From a candidate division FCPU426 bacterium (GTDB lineage: Bacteria > Oederibacteriota > Muellerivitia > Muellerivitales > Muellerivitaceae), in the NCBI GenBank assembly GCA_963771075.1, contig CAVYSE010000009.1, forward strand, positions 79,383 through 143,382: 64,000 bases of DNA, given 5' to 3'. How positions within the stretch are numbered: position 1 is the first letter of the stretch; every line of letters begins with the position of its first letter. Under the pieces are notes generated by a model that saw nothing but the letters and a program-made list of their open reading frames with translations, had not been told where the DNA came from and ran no database searches. This document shows, piece after piece, positions 41,862 through 51,879 of the stretch. Made by a program: the position numbers and the translations under genes.

Positions 41862-44246
41862 TTAATCAGCCATGAGAGTAGGGGTGATGAAAATAACCAA
41901 CTCCACCTTTTGTTTTGTATAGGATTTTGATTGAAACAATCCCCCCAGAATTGGGATGCTCGATAAGAGCGGCACCCCCGAAACGCTATCTGTCATGGTT
42001 TCTCGCATTAATCCACCAATAACAATGGTTTCACCGTTTTTCGTAGTAAGCGTACTGGTGGCTGTTTCAACGGAAGTTGGCGGAAGAGCGCCCGATCCCA
42101 ACGCAGGACCCGTTTGACTCGTAATGGACGCATTGATTTGTGAAGTAATACGTCCATCATCCGTGATTCGTGGTGTAACCTTTAGATCAATAGGCAAAGG
42201 CAAATTGGTATAAGTGGTCGTAAACTGAGCAGTTCCCCCTTGAACAACCGTTTCAGTCGTAGTGATGAGAACAACGTTTTCCACAACATTTATTTCCGCA
42301 GGAATCCCACTCCCCGTGGCGATTTTAGGTCTGGAGATAATCTTCCCCTTATTGTGGGTTTCCAGAGCAGACAAGGTCGCGTTGATATTTAAACCGCTGC
42401 GGATTGTGCCGAATTGAAAATTAGGCGGCGCTGCCCCAGCCGCAGGCAGACTGACCGCACCACTTAACGATGGATTGGCAGTCACATCTGTCGAACCAAG
42501 CGTCCATTGAACACCCAAATCCAGATCGTTTTCACTGTCGACTTCCACTATATTCGACTCGATTAAGACCTGCGGGATTTTAACGTCAAATTCTTTGATG
42601 AGCTCCAGCAAAACTCCCATATTACTGGCGACCTCCCAAATCACGAGACTTTGGGTCCGTGCGTCAATCTGAACCTTTCCAACGGGGGATAAATAGGGTG
42701 TCAGGATCGCTGCGGCACTGGCAGGATCTGAATAATTCAAACGCACCATCTTGGTAATTCGATCGCTGGTCGTTCCCTCGTCCAGTTTTAAATCCTGTAT
42801 GGTTTTTTTGTAGTCCTCAATATCAGCAACAGTGCCATTCAGTATTAAAACATTTCGAACAGTATCAGGCGTTGTTTTCAAATCATTGGTCGGCGATAAA
42901 ATGGAACGAACCAAGGTATCAAATTGCGCGGGAGTCATTCCCCCCGAAGGACTTAATATCTCGGTAACATGGGGTAAAATGTCCTTTTGCGACTTGATGC
43001 TGGCTTGTGCCCCAATACGGATAGTGTTTCCTTGGACATCATAAGCGTAAGATCCTGGAGCCAGCAGAAGCGCAAGCGCAGTTTTGAGTGGAACATCCTT
43101 GAATTTCTCATTTACTACGCCCGCTAAGCTTCCACCCAAGAAGTCGACATCAAATCCGGCCTCGCTGACCAAAGTTCTCAAAACAACGTTTAAATCTGCG
43201 TTTTCTATGTCCAGGGATACTAACTGATTAAGGTTTCCTCTTTTTTCGGTAGCCTTGGCTATTGGTTGAGGCGCCGATAAGGAAATCACCACTTGATTTA
43301 AATTCCTATCCACTTCATAAACTGTTCCAGGCAATAGGGTTAGGAGAGCTTCTGAAATCGGAGAAAACCCCGGCCCTAGTTGACGCATTTCCCAAGAAAC
43401 AAGCCCGCCTTTCTTTAATTCAGAATCATCGTTTTTATATTTTTTGTCTTTCTCATTTACCTCGAGTCGAGTGTTTAAAAAGTGAATGATCAGCTTTTCA
43501 GGTTGGGACAATTTTCGAACGACATATTTGGAGGGACCATCCGACGTCATAATAAATTTGATGCCGTTTTCAAAAGGTTTCACCGTGGCTTCAATTAACC
43601 GGGCAGAATTTTTCGAATCAGAACTTAAGGCTTCCAAAGTCGAAGAAGAAGAAAGTGACGGTGTTATTGGTGTTGCAATTGTCGCCAATTTCTCAGTTTG
43701 TGCATTTTTTAAGGATGAAGTTGAGAAGTTGACTACGATATCATTTTTTTGTTTTGCCCAAGTCCAGTTCCCCAACCCATGGTTATCCAAGACAACCCAA
43801 GCGGTTCCGTTATGATCGGAAGAACGAATAGCGCTCAGGATGGAATTATCGGTCTTAATGGACTGCTTGATATTCAATCGGGTGTTAATTAATTTTATGA
43901 TAATTTTTCCATCCGTGTTCCTTGAAATCTGAGGATCAGAAATATTGGAGCCCGAAAGTGTCAAGAGGAGATTTTGATCTTTCGGTGATAAAACAATCTT
44001 GGTTAATACTGCTTTTTCAGACTTAGTTGTGGCTTGGCTTTCAACCTTTTGTGCAGAAAGACTAGATAATGTCGTTTTGGTTTGTTCAGGAGTCGCGAGA
44101 GCCGTAGAGGAAAGAGGAGTAGGATTTTTAGTCCCCCCCAAATCAATATCGATTGAGTCACCCGCAAAGGATGCTTCAAAACCTGTCCCCGCGAATACAA
44201 AACCAATCAATATGGCCAGAAGAAAAGTTTTCAATTTAAGAAACAT
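41862..44246 (-). CDS. pilQ: type IV pilus secretin
   Basis: Signal peptide, AMIN-like repeats, SLDIENADL N0 domain, PQVLIESNIVEV, GETIVIGGL, VPLLSSIPILGGLF, ELVIFITP; last gene of pilMNOP. Confidence 0.9.
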   Translation of the reverse strand: MFLKLKTFLLAILIGFVFAGTGFEASFAGDSIDIDLGGTKNPTPLSSTALATPEQTKTTLSSLSAQKVESQATTKSEKAVLTKIVLSPKDQNLLLTLSGSNISDPQISRNTDGKIIIKLINTRLNIKQSIKTDNSILSAIRSSDHNGTAWVVLDNHGLGNWTWAKQKNDIVVNFSTSSLKNAQTEKLATIATPITPSLSSSSTLEALSSDSKNSARLIEATVKPFENGIKFIMTSDGPSKYVVRKLSQPEKLIIHFLNTRLEVNEKDKKYKNDDSELKKGGLVSWEMRQLGPGFSPISEALLTLLPGTVYEVDRNLNQVVISLSAPQPIAKATEKRGNLNQLVSLDIENADLNVVLRTLVSEAGFDVDFLGGSLAGVVNEKFKDVPLKTALALLLAPGSYAYDVQGNTIRIGAQASIKSQKDILPHVTEILSPSGGMTPAQFDTLVRSILSPTNDLKTTPDTVRNVLILNGTVADIEDYKKTIQDLKLDEGTTSDRITKMVRLNYSDPASAAAILTPYLSPVGKVQIDARTQSLVIWEVASNMGVLLELIKEFDVKIPQVLIESNIVEVDSENDLDLGVQWTLGSTDVTANPSLSGAVSLPAAGAAPPNFQFGTIRSGLNINATLSALETHNKGKIISRPKIATGSGIPAEINVVENVVLITTTETVVQGGTAQFTTTYTNLPLPIDLKVTPRITDDGRITSQINASITSQTGPALGSGALPPTSVETATSTLTTKNGETIVIGGLMRETMTDSVSGVPLLSSIPILGGLFQSKSYTKQKVELVIFITPTLMAD

Positions 44247-44259
44247 GTTTGGTTCTCCT

Positions 44260-44682
44260 TTACCGCGGGTAGACGATTCTTTGATCTCCCTGACTCACCA
44301 CTACCTTTTTGTCCAAAACATCTCCGACTACACCATCTATCACCTTTCCGTTCCCATCAAACAGCATTCGATCTTTCAAGGTATACCGAACCGCAGGATT
44401 TCCCTTCCAAGTAAACAGGGCCATCCAAGAATCACCTAAACGGATAACACCGTGATAATCAAGTTCAGATAAAGTGACTTGGCTTGAGCGAGTTATGTTA
44501 TTGAGTGGTTTAAAAGGATCGCGTCCACGAAAAGTCGGAACATATGGGGCTTGAATTGAGAAATTAATAAACAAAGGCTCCGGAACATCTTGTTGTTGGG
44601 CCATTAAACGAGCCTTTGAAAAACACAACAACAAACAAAAAAGAATCTCTTTTCCCAATTTGAATTTATAGTAGGTTTTCAT
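44260..44682 (-). CDS. pilP: PilP-like pilus assembly protein
   Basis: RGRDPFKPL motif then L..L...GVI; between pilO and pilQ; ATG overlaps pilO stop. Confidence 0.7.
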   Translation of the reverse strand: MKTYYKFKLGKEILFCLLLCFSKARLMAQQQDVPEPLFINFSIQAPYVPTFRGRDPFKPLNNITRSSQVTLSELDYHGVIRLGDSWMALFTWKGNPAVRYTLKDRMLFDGNGKVIDGVVGDVLDKKVVVSQGDQRIVYPR

Positions 44683-45230
44683 GATTTCCCTTGAATTCCA
44701 CAAACAGTTAATGTGGCCGTGAGGGTATAATTAGGTACAGTTGGATCAGAAAAAGGCACGAGTGCAAGATCCCTCACAGTTAATAATTGATTTGAAACAC
44801 TTATTTGATACAGAAAATCCAACAATCCTTTATAGCTCGTGTTAAACCGAACGGTGATCGGCACCTCCACCCAGGAATCCCGAGTGACATTTGAGGTCAA
44901 AAATTGAAAATTGGTAGTTACTAAATCCGAGTTTTTTTGTGCCAAATTCACATTTTCCATCAGCTTTATTTTATCGACCGCTTTCGGGATTCGGCTTTGA
45001 AGCCACTCCAATTCCCTTTGTACCGAATCTTCTCTTTTTTTGAACTCGACATATTTCGAAACGATCTTTTTAGCCTCATCCAAGTCTTTCTTCTTTTGGT
45101 CTAATGTGGATTGCAATTGGAGGATTTCAACATTAATAGGTTTTAGCATCAATTGATAATAACCAAACAAAATGATCAAAAAAGCTACTACGCCTAAAAC
45201 TATCCACTGATAAAGACGAGTAAATTTCAT
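44679..45230 (-). CDS. pilO: type IV pilus inner-membrane protein PilO
   Basis: N-terminal TM, coiled coil, EVPITVRFNTSYKGLLDFL. Confidence 0.85.
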   Translation of the reverse strand: MKFTRLYQWIVLGVVAFLIILFGYYQLMLKPINVEILQLQSTLDQKKKDLDEAKKIVSKYVEFKKREDSVQRELEWLQSRIPKAVDKIKLMENVNLAQKNSDLVTTNFQFLTSNVTRDSWVEVPITVRFNTSYKGLLDFLYQISVSNQLLTVRDLALVPFSDPTVPNYTLTATLTVCGIQGKS

Positions 45231-45793
45231 GATGGATTATCCGCCAGTTTGGTAATGATTTGAAACTGATGAATGGAACGATTCAAGCCGGCCACAGCAT
45301 TAATGGACAAAAGATCTAAAGTAGAATCCTTGAAAGAACTACCCGGTTTCTGAAAGGCGTTGAAAAATTCCTCAAGGCTTGAATTACTAAAGGCATACCC
45401 TTTGAGAGTAAAAACATTGTCGTCTTTATCTTTTCCTTGGGTTACGCCCGTAAGCCATATTCCATCGGGTAATTTTGAGCCTATCAAGTCTAAGGCAGAA
45501 ATCGCTTTTCGTTGGGAATCCGTAATCGTTTTGAGGGTTTTTCGTATCCCATCCAAACTCGCTTCCTTAGTCTGAAGGTCTTTGACTTCCTTTATTTTTT
45601 CCTCATAACTTTTTGATTCCTCGTCTACTTGTTGAATCTTAATTTTCAAGTCCGCTTTCGCTTGCAATCGCAAACCATAAAACCAAATCATTCCGAGAAC
45701 CAATAAAACCAATCCCGCCACGACACAAGCAATGATGAATAATTCTTGCCTTTTTTTCTTTTCTTTAACAGGTATTAAATTAATTCGAATCAT
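45227..45793 (-). CDS. pilN: type IV pilus protein PilN
   Basis: MIRINLIP (INLLP motif), TM, LPDGIWLT, LKGYA. Confidence 0.9.
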   Translation of the reverse strand: MIRINLIPVKEKKKRQELFIIACVVAGLVLLVLGMIWFYGLRLQAKADLKIKIQQVDEESKSYEEKIKEVKDLQTKEASLDGIRKTLKTITDSQRKAISALDLIGSKLPDGIWLTGVTQGKDKDDNVFTLKGYAFSNSSLEEFFNAFQKPGSSFKDSTLDLLSINAVAGLNRSIHQFQIITKLADNPS

Positions 45794-46894
45794 TTAAGAT
45801 TCCATTTGCCGAAGGGCCAAACCCAAACAAACCCCTAATTGAAAATCTTTTTCTGCGAGTTGTTCCGAATCGATGTTTTTTCCAACTTCTATATTCCTAA
45901 AAGGAGCAAAATGTTCAACCGGAATCCCAAGTTTACTGGCTAAAAACCGATTCACATTCTTTAATTTCGCACTTCCACCCAATAAAACAACCCGTTCAAC
46001 ATTCTTTTTGCGCGATTGGGTTTCGTAATAATCAAAAGATCTTCTTATTTCACTCAATAGTTTGTTCAAAACAGGTGTCATAACATCAGACATCCTCAGA
46101 ATCCTGTCATCTTTTTGTGCCGCACTTGAAAGGCTGAAATCATCTTCTTCCATGGATATCATCCCACTGGATCTTTTTAGCTCTTCCGCCTCAGAAAATT
46201 GAATATTGAATTCTTTCTGAATTTCTTTGGTGAAATCATTACCCGCAACCGGGATATCCCTGGTGAACCGGGTGTTGTTGCTTTCCAATATATTTATTGT
46301 TGTCAAGGATGCGCCCATATTGATCAAAGCAACCGTTTCATCATTGGTTTCCGCTCGATTCACTTCGTAGGCATTTTCGAGGGCAAAAGCGTCCACATCG
46401 ATAACGGCAGGTACTAATCCCGCTTGTTTTAAAAGGGTTAAATGTTGGTCCACTACATCGACTTTGGCGGCCACAAGCAAAACATCTAATTTTCTTTGTC
46501 CATCCTCTTGGATTTCACCAAGAATTTGAAAGTCCAGCACCACCTGGTCTAAGTTCAAGGGAATATACTGCTCAGCCTCCCTGGGTATCGCTCCCTTCAA
46601 TTCGTCCGCCGTCATAAAAGGAAGCTTAACGTATCGGATGATGACCGAGTCTCCCGAAAGCGATGTCACCACTCTTTTAGTTTTTATGCCGTTTTCTTTA
46701 AATAATTTTTTTATTACATCGACTAAACCAGGTTTAGCCGATCCTTGAGCGTTTGATTCCTGGGCATCTTTTGGTATTTCTTGTATGCCCAAGGTGACTA
46801 AATGCCATTGATTCCCATTTTTCTTTAAATGAATAGCCTTGACACTAGAAGTGCCAATATCAAGGCCTACTATGGATTTTGAAAACAAACTCAT
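45794..46894 (-). CDS. pilM: type IV pilus actin-like protein PilM
   Basis: VGLDIGTSSVK, EAEQYIP, DVLLVAAK, DVDAFALEN, EIRRSFDYY, GLALR. Confidence 0.95.
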   Translation of the reverse strand: MSLFSKSIVGLDIGTSSVKAIHLKKNGNQWHLVTLGIQEIPKDAQESNAQGSAKPGLVDVIKKLFKENGIKTKRVVTSLSGDSVIIRYVKLPFMTADELKGAIPREAEQYIPLNLDQVVLDFQILGEIQEDGQRKLDVLLVAAKVDVVDQHLTLLKQAGLVPAVIDVDAFALENAYEVNRAETNDETVALINMGASLTTINILESNNTRFTRDIPVAGNDFTKEIQKEFNIQFSEAEELKRSSGMISMEEDDFSLSSAAQKDDRILRMSDVMTPVLNKLLSEIRRSFDYYETQSRKKNVERVVLLGGSAKLKNVNRFLASKLGIPVEHFAPFRNIEVGKNIDSEQLAEKDFQLGVCLGLALRQMES

Positions 46895-47058
46895 TCGATG
46901 AACCCCATGGTTTTGTTTAAATAACTATTTTTATACAACAAAGCTATTATCTATTGGAGAATCAAGAACAGTAAAGAGGAGATAATGGAAACATCATCAT
47001 AATAATGGAATATTGAGAACATTTGTTGTTTAAAACGCAAAAAATAAGGGTAAAAAGC

Positions 47059-47091
47059 AAAAAAGGGCAGTGCAATTTGCACCGCCCTTTT
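47059..47091 (-). terminator. intrinsic terminator after the pilin gene
   Basis: minus strand AAAAGGGCGGTGCA-AAT-TGCACTGCCCTTTTTT. Confidence 0.75.
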
Positions 47092-47114
47092 CTTGTTAAT
47101 AAAGTTAAATAATC

Positions 47115-47570
47115 TTATTCAAACCCATAGAAAGAATAGGGAATAGCCTTCGAATCTTGCACGGTACTGTTCACATAAACAATACCGTTCGTGCTGTCAT
47201 ACAACCAGCCTGAAGTGGCGCCTGTTGGTGCTTGGGATTGCGCCGTAAGGGAAACTAGGTTTCCTTGCGGGTTAGTCGAGTTGGACACAAAAGCCCCCGT
47301 CACCTTCACCGGAGCTAAGGTCCCCATGTACTTACTGAAAGAGTAAGTACTGAAGGAATTAAGCGTCGATGGCCAAATTCCTTGTTGGTCCCCGTAGTAA
47401 ATCGATGCGGCGGATTTCAAGCTTCCCAAGTTGCCCTTCGTGGCGCCTTCACGCGATTTCTCAAGCATCTGCGCGAATTTGGGAATAGCAATCGCCGCCA
47501 ATATTCCAATGATCGCGACAACAATCATCAGTTCAATTAGCGTAAATCCTTTAGTCTTTAAACGAATCAT
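47115..47570 (-). CDS. pilA: type IVa major pilin (probable)
   Basis: Class III signal KG|FTLIELMIVVAIIGILAAIAIP with E5; own promoter, AGGAGG RBS and terminator. Confidence 0.88.
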   Translation of the reverse strand: MIRLKTKGFTLIELMIVVAIIGILAAIAIPKFAQMLEKSREGATKGNLGSLKSAASIYYGDQQGIWPSTLNSFSTYSFSKYMGTLAPVKVTGAFVSNSTNPQGNLVSLTAQSQAPTGATSGWLYDSTNGIVYVNSTVQDSKAIPYSFYGFE

Positions 47571-47629
47571 CTTAATCCTCCTAAGTATCTACGAAAGCCC
47601 TTTGACCCAACACAAGGCTTTCTATTTAA

Positions 47630-47658
47630 ATTTTATCGTTTTTGGATAATTTTGTCAA
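47630..47658 (-). promoter_or_regulatory. sigma70 promoter for the pilin gene
   Basis: TTGACA-N17-TAAAAT; 5' UTR contains a GAAAGCC/GGCTTTC hairpin. Confidence 0.7.
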
Positions 47659-47669
47659 ACAACCAAGTA

Positions 47670-48887
47670 TTAACCGGCTAAGTTTCCAAGTTCAAACATG
47701 GGCATAAACATTGCAACAACAATGAATCCTAAGGTAACGCCCAAAAAAAGAATCAATATAGGCTCGATAATAGTTGTCATACCCTCAACCGCTGTATCGA
47801 CTTCATCTTCATAAAAATCAGCTATTTTTGAAAGCATCGCGTCTAAAGCTCCGGTTTCTTCTCCAACATTAATCATTTGGGTTACCATCGCCGGGAAAAC
47901 GCTACTTTCCCTGAGTGGTTGGGTAAGAGTTTTACCTTCCCTCACCGACTCTCGTGCTTTGGTAACCGCTCGTTCCACAACCAAATTACCAGAGGTTTTT
48001 GCCACCGTTTCTAAGGCATCCATGATGGGAACCCCTGATTTTATGAGTGTTCCAAGAGTTCGGGCAAATTTCGCCACCGCGCTTTTTCGGACAAGAACCC
48101 CAAAAACAGGTAATTTGAGCATCATTAAATCCCAGTTATAGGCTCCAGTCTTCGTTTTTCGCCAAAGAGCGATAACCCAATAAAGAATGAATAAAAAAAC
48201 TCCTAAAAAAATAGCCTTGTAACTGGAGAAAAAATGGCTCATGGCAATCACCACGAGCGTAGGTCCGGGAAGTTTTGCGCCAAACCCCGCAAAAACATCG
48301 GCAAAGGTCGGAATGACCTTTACCATCAAAAAAATAACGACCATGATCGCGATTGAAAATACTACGATTGGGTACATCATAGCCGACCGCACTTTACGGC
48401 TTACCCCCTCCGCTTTTTCCATATACTCAGACAAACGTTCAAATATAACATCCAAAATTCCGCCCTGTTCCCCCGCCTTCACCATGTTCACATAAAGGGT
48501 TGAAAAAGCCTTTGGATGTTTAGACATCGCTTCGGATAAAGGAATCCCGTTGGAAATATCATCTCGGATTCTCGACATAACCCTTCTAAAATCAGGGTTT
48601 TCGGCCTGTTCCGCGACAATACTCAATCCTTGCATAATGGGAAGTCCTGCGTTGACCATCGTGGAAAATTGACGACTGAACACCACAATATCTTTGGTGG
48701 TGACCTTCCCACCCTTGCTTGTTAAAGCAATCAAGAAGGTCGTGATCGCATTCGCGGGAGCGATGGATATGAGTTCCAATCTTTTTTGACGAATGTCACC
48801 CTTGGCGGAACTTTCATTGTCCGCTTCGATCGTTCCATCGATTATTTTTCCGAGGCTATTTTTGGCTTTGTAACTATAAACAGGCAT
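47670..48887 (-). CDS. pilC: type IV pilus platform protein PilC (T2SS F family)
   Basis: FSRQFSTMVNAGLP, AGEQGGIL, SAMMYP, VGEETGALD, IEP. Confidence 0.95.
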   Translation of the reverse strand: MPVYSYKAKNSLGKIIDGTIEADNESSAKGDIRQKRLELISIAPANAITTFLIALTSKGGKVTTKDIVVFSRQFSTMVNAGLPIMQGLSIVAEQAENPDFRRVMSRIRDDISNGIPLSEAMSKHPKAFSTLYVNMVKAGEQGGILDVIFERLSEYMEKAEGVSRKVRSAMMYPIVVFSIAIMVVIFLMVKVIPTFADVFAGFGAKLPGPTLVVIAMSHFFSSYKAIFLGVFLFILYWVIALWRKTKTGAYNWDLMMLKLPVFGVLVRKSAVAKFARTLGTLIKSGVPIMDALETVAKTSGNLVVERAVTKARESVREGKTLTQPLRESSVFPAMVTQMINVGEETGALDAMLSKIADFYEDEVDTAVEGMTTIIEPILILFLGVTLGFIVVAMFMPMFELGNLAG

Positions 48888-48907
48888 TTAAGCTCCCTTA
48901 AGGGAAA

Positions 48908-49972
48908 TCAGATGACGCCCTTCACCATCCGTTGAAGTTCTTTCGGATCCAAGGTTCGGGAAAATATTTCGTTATAGCTGACCAATTGTTTTTGATACAA
49001 ATCAAAAAGTGCTTGATTCATGGTCCCCATGCCATATTCGGTTCCCGTTTGCATGGCAGAATAGATCTGATGAATCTTTTCTTCCCGGATCAGGTTCCGA
49101 ACGGCGGCAGTAGGAATGAGAACCTCCACCGCAATAACCCGGCCCGAGCCATAGGCCTTCGGCAAGAGTTGCTGGGAAAGAACCGCTTGAAGCACAAAAG
49201 AAATTTGTGCCCGAACCTGCTGCTGCTGAGATGCCGGAAATACGTCAATGATGCGATTGATGGTTTGAATCGCGTCCACCGTGTGCAAAGTGGCGAAGAC
49301 CAAGTGGCCCGTTTCCGCGATGGTCAATGCAGCGTTGATGGTTTCCAAATCCCGCATTTCCCCGATCAGAATGACGTCCGGGTCTTGCCGCAGGGCATAT
49401 TTCAAGGCCGTGGCAAAGGTATGGGTGTCGGTTCCGACCTCTCGTTGATTGACAATGGAAGACTTATGGGTATGAACATATTCAATTGGATCTTCAATAG
49501 TCATGATATGGTGCTGATGATTAGTATTGATCCAATCAATCATCGCGGCCAGGGTAGAAGATTTCCCCGAGCCTGTGGGGCCCGTCACCAAAACAAGACC
49601 TTTGGGTAGCTTGACAATATCTTGAGCAACAGGAGGAAGTTTTAATTCCTCGAAGCTTCGAATAGTGGTCGGAATATTCCTCAAAGCGGCGGCGACCGCT
49701 CCTCTTTGCTGATAAACATTCATACGAACCCGGCCCACACCTTCCACGCCGAAGGATACGTCTAATTCATTGTCTTTCTCGAATTTTTCTTTTTGCTCAT
49801 CTGTCAGGATGCTATAAATCAGCTGTTGAGTGGTATCCGGTCGAAGCTTCTCATACTCTGTGGGAGTTATGACTCCGTCAACCCTCAACATGGGAGGGGC
49901 ACCTGCAGTTATATGTAAATCGGAAGCTCCCCGCTCAAACATGAGCCTCAGTAACGTGTCAATGTTGACCAT
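48908..49972 (-). CDS. pilT: type IV pilus retraction ATPase
   Basis: GASDLHI, GPTGSGKSST, TIEDPIE, ALRQDPDVILIGEMRD, AVRNLIRE (AIRNLIRE motif). Confidence 0.96.
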   Translation of the reverse strand: MVNIDTLLRLMFERGASDLHITAGAPPMLRVDGVITPTEYEKLRPDTTQQLIYSILTDEQKEKFEKDNELDVSFGVEGVGRVRMNVYQQRGAVAAALRNIPTTIRSFEELKLPPVAQDIVKLPKGLVLVTGPTGSGKSSTLAAMIDWINTNHQHHIMTIEDPIEYVHTHKSSIVNQREVGTDTHTFATALKYALRQDPDVILIGEMRDLETINAALTIAETGHLVFATLHTVDAIQTINRIIDVFPASQQQQVRAQISFVLQAVLSQQLLPKAYGSGRVIAVEVLIPTAAVRNLIREEKIHQIYSAMQTGTEYGMGTMNQALFDLYQKQLVSYNEIFSRTLDPKELQRMVKGVI

Positions 49973-50006
49973 GATTTATCCCGCTCCTTGCTAGGGTTAG
50001 TAGTTA

Positions 50007-51773
50007 TTACTCTTCTTCATCGGCATGAGCCACACGCAAAAGTTCCTCGACAGAGGTCAACCCTTTCAAGACTTTTCGAACGCCGCATTCCCTCAGGGTT
50101 TGCATCCCGCCAGCCCGGGCGATTTTCTTCAACTCGGATGCAGATTTACGTTGTAGCACCCCTTTTCGAAAATCCTCATTCAATACCATGACCTCATGAA
50201 TCGCCATACGACCCTTATAGCCGGTATTGGAACAAGTATTACAACCCACCCCCCTGTGTAGCACAATAGGTTCAGCGGCGGGTTGCACCCCTAACTCTTC
50301 CAATATTTCAGGAGAAGCATCAAAAGGCTGTTTACAGTCTTTGCAAATACGTCTCAGAAGGCGTTGTGCCACGACGCAGTGAACGGTTGAGGTAATTAGA
50401 AATGGCTCTACTCCCATGTTTCCCATGCGTGTGACCGCCCCAGGCGCGTCATTTGTGTGAAGAGTGGAAAATACCAAATGGCCAGTCAAGGCGGCGTTAA
50501 TGGCTATTTCAGCCGTTTCCTTGTCTCGAATCTCGCCAACCATGATTACATCCGGGTCTTGGCGCAAAAAGGATCTCAAACCTGCCGCGAAGGTTAACCC
50601 GATCGAGGCTTTGGCGTTGACTTGATTAATACCTGGCAAATTGTATTCCACCGGGTCCTCAATCGTTGAAATATTAGTGTCTGGGTCGTTGATGTAATGT
50701 AATGCCGAATAAAGCGTGGTGGATTTACCGGAACCAGTGGGACCCGTTACGAGAACAAGCCCATAAGGTTCTACGATTGCTTTTTCAAATTTGGGAAGAA
50801 TGTCATCCTCGAAACCTAATTTCGGAAGATCCAATGATAAATTGGAAGAATCCAAAATGCGCATCACGATCTTTTCGCCGAATTGAACTGGGCAAACAGA
50901 AACGCGAAGATCGATTTCTTTTCCTAAAACCTTGATTTTAATACGTCCGTCCTGAGGAAGGCGACGTTCGGCAATATCCAGCGAGGCCATAATTTTCAAG
51001 CGGGATGAAATAGCCGCTGACAATGATTTGGGGGGAGATTGAACCTCGTGCAAGACACCATCTATTCGGTAGCGACAACGTAGATTTTTTTCGTAAGGCT
51101 CAATATGAATATCGCTCGCGTTCGACCGAACGGCTTCCGTCAAGATCAGATTCACGAGCCGGACCACCGGAGCATCTTCTCCAGCCGCTTCCAACTTTGA
51201 TATATCAAGTTCCTCTTCTTTTTCTTCCATCACTTCCAGGTTGGTTTCTCCCCCGCCCATGGAATTGAGGATTTCCTGCATGTCGCCGCCGGCTTCGCCT
51301 CCACCTCCTGCCGAAGCCGTCCCCGCCTTCCCCCCCGTTCCAAAATACTTGGCGTGCATGGCCTTGATTTCATTTTCACTGGCGATCGCCGGTTCCACCT
51401 CAAACCCGGTCATCATCTTGATATCATCAATTGCGAAAACATTCAGCGGATCGGCCATGGCCACGGTTAGTTTTTTATCTTTTTTGACAATGGGAATGAG
51501 GCAGTGATTCAGGGCAATGGACTCGGGTACGGAAAACACGACGTCATTGGGGATTTCACCAATTTCGTTCAAACTAACGTGGGGAATTCCCAACTGGGTT
51601 CCCACAAAGGCCATAATGACATCTTGGGTCACATAGCCTTGACTGATCAAAATTTTCTCGAGCCGGCCCCCCTTGATCTTTTGTTCATGGAGGGCTTCTT
51701 GGAGTTGTTCCTCGGAAATGATCCCCTCATCGACTAGCATTTCGCCGAGGCGCTTTTTCATCGATTCAGGCAT
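50007..51773 (-). CDS. pilB: type IV pilus extension ATPase with MshEN-like N-terminus
   Basis: RLGEMLVDEGII and RLEKILISQGYV repeats, ASDIHIEP, GPTGSGKSTT, tetracysteine motif; ATG 51773 has a GAGG RBS. Confidence 0.95.
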   Translation of the reverse strand: MPESMKKRLGEMLVDEGIISEEQLQEALHEQKIKGGRLEKILISQGYVTQDVIMAFVGTQLGIPHVSLNEIGEIPNDVVFSVPESIALNHCLIPIVKKDKKLTVAMADPLNVFAIDDIKMMTGFEVEPAIASENEIKAMHAKYFGTGGKAGTASAGGGGEAGGDMQEILNSMGGGETNLEVMEEKEEELDISKLEAAGEDAPVVRLVNLILTEAVRSNASDIHIEPYEKNLRCRYRIDGVLHEVQSPPKSLSAAISSRLKIMASLDIAERRLPQDGRIKIKVLGKEIDLRVSVCPVQFGEKIVMRILDSSNLSLDLPKLGFEDDILPKFEKAIVEPYGLVLVTGPTGSGKSTTLYSALHYINDPDTNISTIEDPVEYNLPGINQVNAKASIGLTFAAGLRSFLRQDPDVIMVGEIRDKETAEIAINAALTGHLVFSTLHTNDAPGAVTRMGNMGVEPFLITSTVHCVVAQRLLRRICKDCKQPFDASPEILEELGVQPAAEPIVLHRGVGCNTCSNTGYKGRMAIHEVMVLNEDFRKGVLQRKSASELKKIARAGGMQTLRECGVRKVLKGLTSVEELLRVAHADEEE

Positions 51774-51827
51774 GGAAAACCTCGGGCCAAGAGAGAGTGC
51801 GAAAAGGTCAAAGAAATCATCTAAAGA

Positions 51828-51856
51828 AGTATAAATTCGAAAAAAAATGAAGTCAA
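51828..51856 (-). promoter_or_regulatory. sigma70 promoter for pilB-pilT-pilC
   Basis: TTGACT-N17-TATACT. Confidence 0.7.
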
Positions 51857-51879
51857 CGATGGCACCCTGAGACTTGATA

